From the IMG/VR virus record IMGVR_UViG_3300031922_000060, positions 1 through 32,015 of that record: a DNA stretch of 32,015 nt. One strand, 5' to 3'. Position 1 is the stretch's first letter; each line of letters begins with the position of its first letter. Of this stretch, positions 26,993 through 32,015 are shown one piece after another. The position numbers and the translations under genes were made by a program. A model generated the notes under the pieces. That model was not told the DNA's origin and did no database searches. It saw only the letters and a program-made list of their open reading frames with translations. The stretch comes from a virus. Taxonomy: Duplodnaviria > Caudoviricetes.

Positions 26993-27736
26993 GTGAATGT
27001 AACTGAGCGTATTGCTCACGAACAGGGGGCTCTGATTATGCCAACAAAGAAACTAATAGGACAGGCATTCGGTCAATGGACGGCAATCGGCGATTCCAGT
27101 ATCCGTAGTAAAGACCGTAGGGTTAAGTGGATATGCAAATGCCGCTGCGGCGAAACACAAACGATACCAACAAGAGGGCTGACAAGCGGTCGTTCTGTGT
27201 GCTGTCGGCGATGCGCCCAACGTGAATATAATCCTACAAGGACTCTGAAAGATGGGACTTTAGCGGTAATCTGTCCGGATAGCAGAGAGTTCATTATTGA
27301 CCGCGATGCGTTACGATTCGTTAAACCATATCGCTGGCATATTGATTCGAGCAACCATATTACCAGTAACACCTGCGGAAAACGGGTGATGCTTTCTCGG
27401 CTCATTATGGGCTTGAATGAAGCAGACCCCATCCAAGTCGACCATATTTCCGGCAACCCTTTGGACAATCGCAGAGAAAATCTTCGATTGTGTACTCCGC
27501 TTGGGAATTCGAGAAACCGCCCAATACGGAGCGACAATCTCACCGGCTACAAAGGCGTGACCTTCCGGGTAAGTGAAAACAAACATGTCGCTCGGATATC
27601 GCCACATCCGGGGAAACGAATACTCATCGGACGATTTAATACACCGCAAGAAGCCGCAGCCGCCTATGACAGGGCGGCTGTTTTATATCACGGCGAATTT
27701 GCCAGAACAAACGAGATGCTGGGGGTGATGTGGTGA
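26993..27736 (+). CDS. HNH-AP2 homing endonuclease
   Basis: N-terminal FGQWT...WICKCRCG module, HNH core VDHISGNPLDNRRENLR...N, AP2 domain GYKGV...IGRFNTPQEAAAAYDRAA...HGEFA. Alternative start ATG 27038. Confidence 0.85.
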   Translation: MNVTERIAHEQGALIMPTKKLIGQAFGQWTAIGDSSIRSKDRRVKWICKCRCGETQTIPTRGLTSGRSVCCRRCAQREYNPTRTLKDGTLAVICPDSREFIIDRDALRFVKPYRWHIDSSNHITSNTCGKRVMLSRLIMGLNEADPIQVDHISGNPLDNRRENLRLCTPLGNSRNRPIRSDNLTGYKGVTFRVSENKHVARISPHPGKRILIGRFNTPQEAAAAYDRAAVLYHGEFARTNEMLGVMW

Positions 27737-28962
27737 AAATGACTGAAAGAATGGAATCGGTCGATATTGATAAACTTGTTGGGTACGCTCGTAATGCCCG
27801 GACTCACTCCAAAGAGCAAATACTACAGCTTCGCTCAAGTCTACGGGAGTTCGGTTTCGTTACCCCCTGCCTGATTGACAGCGATTACAACATCATCGCG
27901 GGTCACGGGCGGGTCTTGGCGGCGAAGGCCGAGGGCTTGACGGAAATCCCCTGCGTGTTCGTGGAGCACCTGACCGAGGCCCAGAAGCGGGCGTACATTA
28001 TTGCCGACAACCGCCTTGCCTTAAGTGCCGGCTGGGACGCGGAGATGCTGGCGGTAGAGATCGCCGAATTACAAGCCGCGGACTTTGACCTTTCGCTCCT
28101 TGGCTTTGATGACGCGGAGATGAACAACTTGATGGATAACATCGAGGATGTCAAAGAGGATAACTTCGACATCGACGCCGTACTTACTCAACCGGCCTTC
28201 GTCTTGCCGGGAGACTTGTGGCACTTAGGCAGTCATCGCCTACTCTGTGGCGATGCCACAAAACTTGAGGACGTAGAGCGGTTGATGGACCGCAAGCGGG
28301 CGAACCTCCTCTTAACCGATCCTCCCTACGGGGTGTCCTACCAAGGCAAGGCAGGGAAAATCCAGAACGATGACCTGCGCGGCGAGGAGTTCTATAGATT
28401 TCTGCTCGCGGCGTTCACTGCCGCCGAAGCTGCACTCGATGACCACGCTAGTGTATACGTTTTCCACGCCGACACCGAAGGAGAAAACTTCCGTCGGGCA
28501 TTTCGGGAGGCAGGCTTCAAGTTGTCCGGCACCTGTGTGTGGGTTAAGCCCAGCTTAGTGCTGGGACGCTCCCCATACCAATGGCAGCATGAGCCCTGTC
28601 TCTTTGGCTGGAAAGCGAAGGGCAAACACAAATGGTATGCCGACAGAAAGCAGACTACAATTTGGCACTTTGATAAGTCGCTTAAAAACGACATTCACAG
28701 CACGATGAAGCCGGTGCCTTTGCTCACCTATCCCATTAGAAACAGCAGTACCGCAAACAACATCGTGCTTGACCTGTTCTCGGGTAGCTTTTCAACAGGG
28801 ATAGCCTGTGAGCAGATCGACCGTATTTGCTACGCCATGGAAATTGACCCGCAATACGCCAGCGCCAGCATCAAGCGGTTTCATGCCGCCTTCCCCAGCG
28901 AACCCATTACCGTTGCCCGCGGCGGCGACGTGCTGACGCTTGACGCGGCGTGCGCGAAATAA
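27733..28962 (+). CDS. ParB-N domain fused to beta-class N6/N4 DNA methyltransferase
   Basis: YARNARTH, IIAGHGR, IADNRL (ParB); TDPPY, HSTMKP, DLFSGS (MTase). GTG 27733 overlaps the upstream TGA. Confidence 0.88.
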   Translation: MKMTERMESVDIDKLVGYARNARTHSKEQILQLRSSLREFGFVTPCLIDSDYNIIAGHGRVLAAKAEGLTEIPCVFVEHLTEAQKRAYIIADNRLALSAGWDAEMLAVEIAELQAADFDLSLLGFDDAEMNNLMDNIEDVKEDNFDIDAVLTQPAFVLPGDLWHLGSHRLLCGDATKLEDVERLMDRKRANLLLTDPPYGVSYQGKAGKIQNDDLRGEEFYRFLLAAFTAAEAALDDHASVYVFHADTEGENFRRAFREAGFKLSGTCVWVKPSLVLGRSPYQWQHEPCLFGWKAKGKHKWYADRKQTTIWHFDKSLKNDIHSTMKPVPLLTYPIRNSSTANNIVLDLFSGSFSTGIACEQIDRICYAMEIDPQYASASIKRFHAAFPSEPITVARGGDVLTLDAACAK

Positions 28963-29030
28963 ACAACTTGCTATCGCACAGCTTTAGAGTGATATATGTA
29001 AGCACCAAGGAGATAAAGGGGGCTTACTAA

Positions 29031-29717
29031 ATGGAAAAGAGATTCAATGTGACAGGGGCGCGGCGCAAGGAGCTAGCCAAAGCCACGGGAGAGGCCCTTG
29101 GCTGGGAGCCAGTATACAAAGGGGCACCGAGCTTCGCTTACGCGGTTAGCAGTGTGACCATCAGCAAAGACGGCGCCCTTGCATGGGACGAGCGCCTAGA
29201 CGAGGCGACCATGCAGAACCTGCTCGGCCGGCTGCGGGAACTTGGCTTCGTCCCCGCGGCAGAGGAAGTCGACCACGATGACCTGTGCGATACGCTGACT
29301 ATCGAAATGCCACTCACGGGCTTCACCGACGCGGCACTTGAGAACCTCGACCGGCTAATCGCCAGCAAGGCAGTGCTCATTAAGAAGGTCATCGGCGCGG
29401 ACGTTCTCCCCGTTGTCCGGACGGAAACTACGCTCAGGTTCCCTTGGTTCTCCTTCAGCGCCACCGGCGAGGAGGTTTCTGCCTACTCCCGCTTGATAGG
29501 CGCGCTCTGCGCCGCAGCTAAAGAGCAAAAACGGGTTCAAGCCAGGGAAAAGGCGGTGGAGAACGAAAAATATACCTTCAGGGTATTCCTCCTCCGCCTA
29601 GGCTTTGTGGGCGACGACTACAAGGCAGCGCGAAAAATCCTGCTGCGAAACCTCTCCGGCAACAGCGCCTTTAGAAGCGGTGCCAAAGCTAAAACGGAGG
29701 TGGCGTCTAATGAATAA
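29031..29717 (+). CDS. Conserved phage protein (often annotated virulence-related protein)
   Basis: YKGAPSFAY, ENLDRLIASK...LIKK, FPWF, ENEKYTFRVFLLRLGF...LLRNLSGNSAFR. Confidence 0.7.
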   Translation: MEKRFNVTGARRKELAKATGEALGWEPVYKGAPSFAYAVSSVTISKDGALAWDERLDEATMQNLLGRLRELGFVPAAEEVDHDDLCDTLTIEMPLTGFTDAALENLDRLIASKAVLIKKVIGADVLPVVRTETTLRFPWFSFSATGEEVSAYSRLIGALCAAAKEQKRVQAREKAVENEKYTFRVFLLRLGFVGDDYKAARKILLRNLSGNSAFRSGAKAKTEVASNE

Positions 29718-29934
29718 GTTCCCCACCCCGGAGAGCGTGGCGCAATTACGCAAGGAATATCCCCGCGGCACCCGCGTGGAGCTTCTCAGGATGAATGACC
29801 CCTACTCCAAGCTCATGCCCGGCGATAAGGGGACAGTAGACTTCATCGATGACATCGGCACCCTGTTCTGTATCTGGGACTCCGGCTCCACCCTCGGCGT
29901 GGTGTACGGCGAGGACGCGGTGAAAAAGCTGTAA
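29710..29934 (+). CDS. DUF4314-like small protein
   Basis: Start ATG 29710 with GGAGG; YPRGTRVELLRMNDPY...GTVDFIDDIG...WDSGSTLGVVYGED. Confidence 0.8.
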   Translation: MNKFPTPESVAQLRKEYPRGTRVELLRMNDPYSKLMPGDKGTVDFIDDIGTLFCIWDSGSTLGVVYGEDAVKKL

Positions 29935-29996
29935 AATTGCTACTATCGCTGTGGTTATTGCAGGCAATTTTTTCGCAGAATGAGGAGGACGTCCCC

Positions 29997-30461
29997 ATGG
30001 ACAAAGATAACAAGCTATACGCCGCCTACGGTTCCAACCTAAACCGAGCGCAGATGCCGGACAGATGCCCCACGGCAAAAGTCGTCGGCGTGGGTGCGAT
30101 AGATGACTTCCGGCTCTTGTTTCGGGGCTCGCGCGAGAGCGTAGTAGCGACGGTGGAGCCTTGTTGGGGCGGCAGCGTCCCCGTGCTGGTTTGGGAGATC
30201 ACAGCAGAGGACGAAGCGGCCCTTGACCGCTACGAAGGCTGGCCCTTCCTCTACCGCAAGGAGTCTATTGCGGTGACGCTAGACGGACAAATCGTCACAG
30301 CGATGGTGTACATCCTGAACGTGGGTAGGCCACTAGGCCAGCCAAGCTGCTACTACTATTCAATCATCCTCGAAGGTTACAAAGCAGCCGGATTCGATGT
30401 TAAGGTGCTGCAAAGAGCAACTGTTGATTCGTTAGGAGAGGGTGTGGCGTCCTGTGACTGA
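29997..30461 (+). CDS. Gamma-glutamylcyclotransferase (AIG2-like) protein
   Basis: Start ATG 29997 with GAGGAGG; YAAYGSNLN, RCP, LDRYEG, PSCYY. Confidence 0.85.
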   Translation: MDKDNKLYAAYGSNLNRAQMPDRCPTAKVVGVGAIDDFRLLFRGSRESVVATVEPCWGGSVPVLVWEITAEDEAALDRYEGWPFLYRKESIAVTLDGQIVTAMVYILNVGRPLGQPSCYYYSIILEGYKAAGFDVKVLQRATVDSLGEGVASCD

Positions 30462-30639
30462 GATTGTCAGGGCACAAATCCTTGTCATCCGAAACAGCGG
30501 GGTAACAAATATGTTTGACCTAGCACGCGTTCAGCTCGAAGCCGCCGCGCGGGGTATGAAAGAGTTGGTGCTGTACCTTGAAGAGCATCCTAAACCTTAC
30601 TTCCAGTTTATTTTGACGGGTGAATCCGACATCGAATAG
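30454..30639 (+). CDS. DUF5049-like small protein
   Basis: QILVIRNSGVTNMFD...ELVLYLEEH...YFQFILTG; GTG 30454. Confidence 0.75.
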   Translation: MTEIVRAQILVIRNSGVTNMFDLARVQLEAAARGMKELVLYLEEHPKPYFQFILTGESDIE

Positions 30640-30666
30640 GGCACTTGTAGCGATAGCGCTACGTAC

Positions 30667-30692
30667 AGAGCTTCTGCGGAGGCTCTTTTCTT
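30667..30692 (+). terminator. Intrinsic terminator upstream of terL
   Basis: AGAGCTTC-TGCG-GAGGCTCT then TTTCTT. Confidence 0.55.
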
Positions 30693-30721
30693 ATGCCTAT
30701 TTCTTTAAGGGGGCGAGGCCT

Positions 30722-32015
30722 TTGCGCAAATTGAAAAAATACAAGCCCACCTCCTTTAAGTCCGCCGACTCGCGCTACGACAAGGTTGCCGCCGACTATG
30801 CTGTCTCCTTTATCGAGGCTCTCACCCATACGAAAGGGGCGTGGGCAGGCAAGCCGTTTGAACTCATTGATTGGCAGGAGCAGATTGTTCGCGATGTTTT
30901 CGGCATCCTAAAGCCAAATGGCTACAGACAATTCAATACGGCATATGTAGAAATACCGAAAAAGCAAGGCAAGTCGGAGTTGGCCGCTGCCATCGCCCTG
31001 CTTCTCACCTGCGGCGACAGAGAGGAACGCGCTGAGGTCTACGGCTGTGCCGCCGATCGGCAGCAGGCCAGCATTGTCTTTGAAGTGGCGGCAGATATGG
31101 TGCGTACTTGCCCCGCCCTGTCTCGGCGGGTGAAGATCTTAGCTTCCACCAAGAGACTAATATATCTGCCGACCAAGAGTTTTTACCAAGTACTAAGTGC
31201 AGAAGCCTATTCCAAACATGGATTTAATATCCATGGCGTAGTATTCGATGAATTGCATACCCAGCCTAACCGCAAGCTCTTTGATGTCATGACCAAAGGC
31301 TCCGGTGACGCGCGAACCCAGCCTCTGTACTTCCTCATCACCACTGCAGGGACAGACACCCAGAGCATATGCCATGAGACGCATCAGAAGGCACAGGATA
31401 TCCTCGCGGGGAGGAAGCACGACCCTACCTTCTACCCCGTCATTTATGGGGCGAAAGAAGATGACGACTGGACTGACCCGAAGGTATGGAAGAAAGTGAA
31501 CCCCTCACTTGGCATCACCGTCGGCATCGACAAGATGAAGGCCGCCTGCGAGTCGGCCAAGCAGAACCCTGCCGAGGAGAATAGCTTCCGGCAGCTTAGG
31601 CTCAATCAATGGGTCAAACAGTCCGTGCGCTGGATGCCCATGGCGAAGTGGGATGCCTGCGCCTTCCAGGTTGACTTGGCAAGCCTTGAGGGGCGGGTCT
31701 GCTACGCCGGGCTTGACCTCTCCTCCACCACCGACATTACCGCCTTCGTGCTGGTGTTCCCACCAGTGGATGAAGTCGACAAATATGCTGTCCTGCCGTT
31801 TTTCTGGATGCCTGAGAACAACATCGGTCTCCGCGTCCGGCGCGACCACGTGCCGTACGACCTCTGGGAAAAACAAGGACATATGCTGACCACCGAAGGG
31901 AACGTGGTGCACTACGGATTCATCGAGCGGTTCATTGACGAACTGGGCAAGCGCTACAACATCCGCGAGATCGCCTTTGACCGCTGGGGCGCGGTGCAGA
32001 TGGTGCAGAATCTTG
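30722..32015 (+). CDS. terL: Terminase large subunit (partial, runs off the window; absent from the ORF track)
   Basis: Manual translation from TTG 30722: MRKLKKYKPT...HTKGAWAGKPFELIDWQ...EIPKKQGKSE (Walker A), VVFDELH (Walker B), ITTAG, GLDLSSTTD. Confidence 0.93.
   Translation, partial: MRKLKKYKPTSFKSADSRYDKVAADYAVSFIEALTHTKGAWAGKPFELIDWQEQIVRDVFGILKPNGYRQFNTAYVEIPKKQGKSELAAAIALLLTCGDREERAEVYGCAADRQQASIVFEVAADMVRTCPALSRRVKILASTKRLIYLPTKSFYQVLSAEAYSKHGFNIHGVVFDELHTQPNRKLFDVMTKGSGDARTQPLYFLITTAGTDTQSICHETHQKAQDILAGRKHDPTFYPVIYGAKEDDDWTDPKVWKKVNPSLGITVGIDKMKAACESAKQNPAEENSFRQLRLNQWVKQSVRWMPMAKWDACAFQVDLASLEGRVCYAGLDLSSTTDITAFVLVFPPVDEVDKYAVLPFFWMPENNIGLRVRRDHVPYDLWEKQGHMLTTEGNVVHYGFIERFIDELGKRYNIREIAFDRWGAVQMVQNL

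Larger units (their letters stand above)
14686..32015 (+). mobile_element. Prophage early/replication and packaging modules (continues past the window end; the element probably also includes the defence cassette)
   Basis: Gene order sigma-like, DUF2800, DUF2815, DNA pol A, BRO, primase-helicase, VRR-NUC, SNF2, HNH, TerS, MTase, TerL is typical of Bacillota temperate siphophage-like elements. Confidence 0.92.

Noticed and set aside
26993-27736. Group I intron or intein around the HNH gene
   Set aside because: No flanking non-coding space for a ribozyme core, no intein terminal motifs, and the ORF has its own stop.
28968-28998. Possible moron promoter TTGCTA...TGATATATG
   Set aside because: 19-nt spacing and an imperfect -10 element; cannot be supported from sequence alone.
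29943-30656. 8-bp inverted repeat CTATCGCT/AGCGATAG flanking the GGCT and DUF5049-like genes
   Set aside because: Too short to exceed chance, with no target duplication or transposase.

Overview
Left part of a Bacillota (Clostridia-like) temperate prophage, with two divergent halves around a control region at about 14.41-14.69 kb. The minus-strand half (454-14406) is a compact co-oriented anti-phage cassette. It encodes an NBR1/FW Ig-like-domain protein, a Xis-like HTH protein, a type I restriction-modification system whose HsdM is fused to a single-TRD half-HsdS (no separate hsdS), HsdR, Hachiman (HamA, HamB) and Gabija (GajA, GajB). A near-consensus TTGACA-17-TAGAAT promoter precedes it and an intrinsic terminator follows it. 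The plus-strand half (14686 to window end) holds the phage genes: a sigma region-4-like regulator, DUF2800 nuclease, DUF2815 SSB-like protein, family A DNA polymerase, BRO/ANT antirepressor, primase-helicase, VRR-NUC, SNF2 helicase, late activator, packaging HNH, TerS, an inserted HNH-AP2 homing endonuclease, a ParB-DNA methyltransferase, accessory genes and a truncated TerL. The intergenic regions show a structured leader that can sequester an RBS, a twice-repeated 42-nt box-plus-hairpin element with alternative folds, an iteron-like origin candidate and a late promoter followed by a terminator. No integrase or cI/cro gene is visible. All family assignments come from motif recognition by eye, not from database searches.
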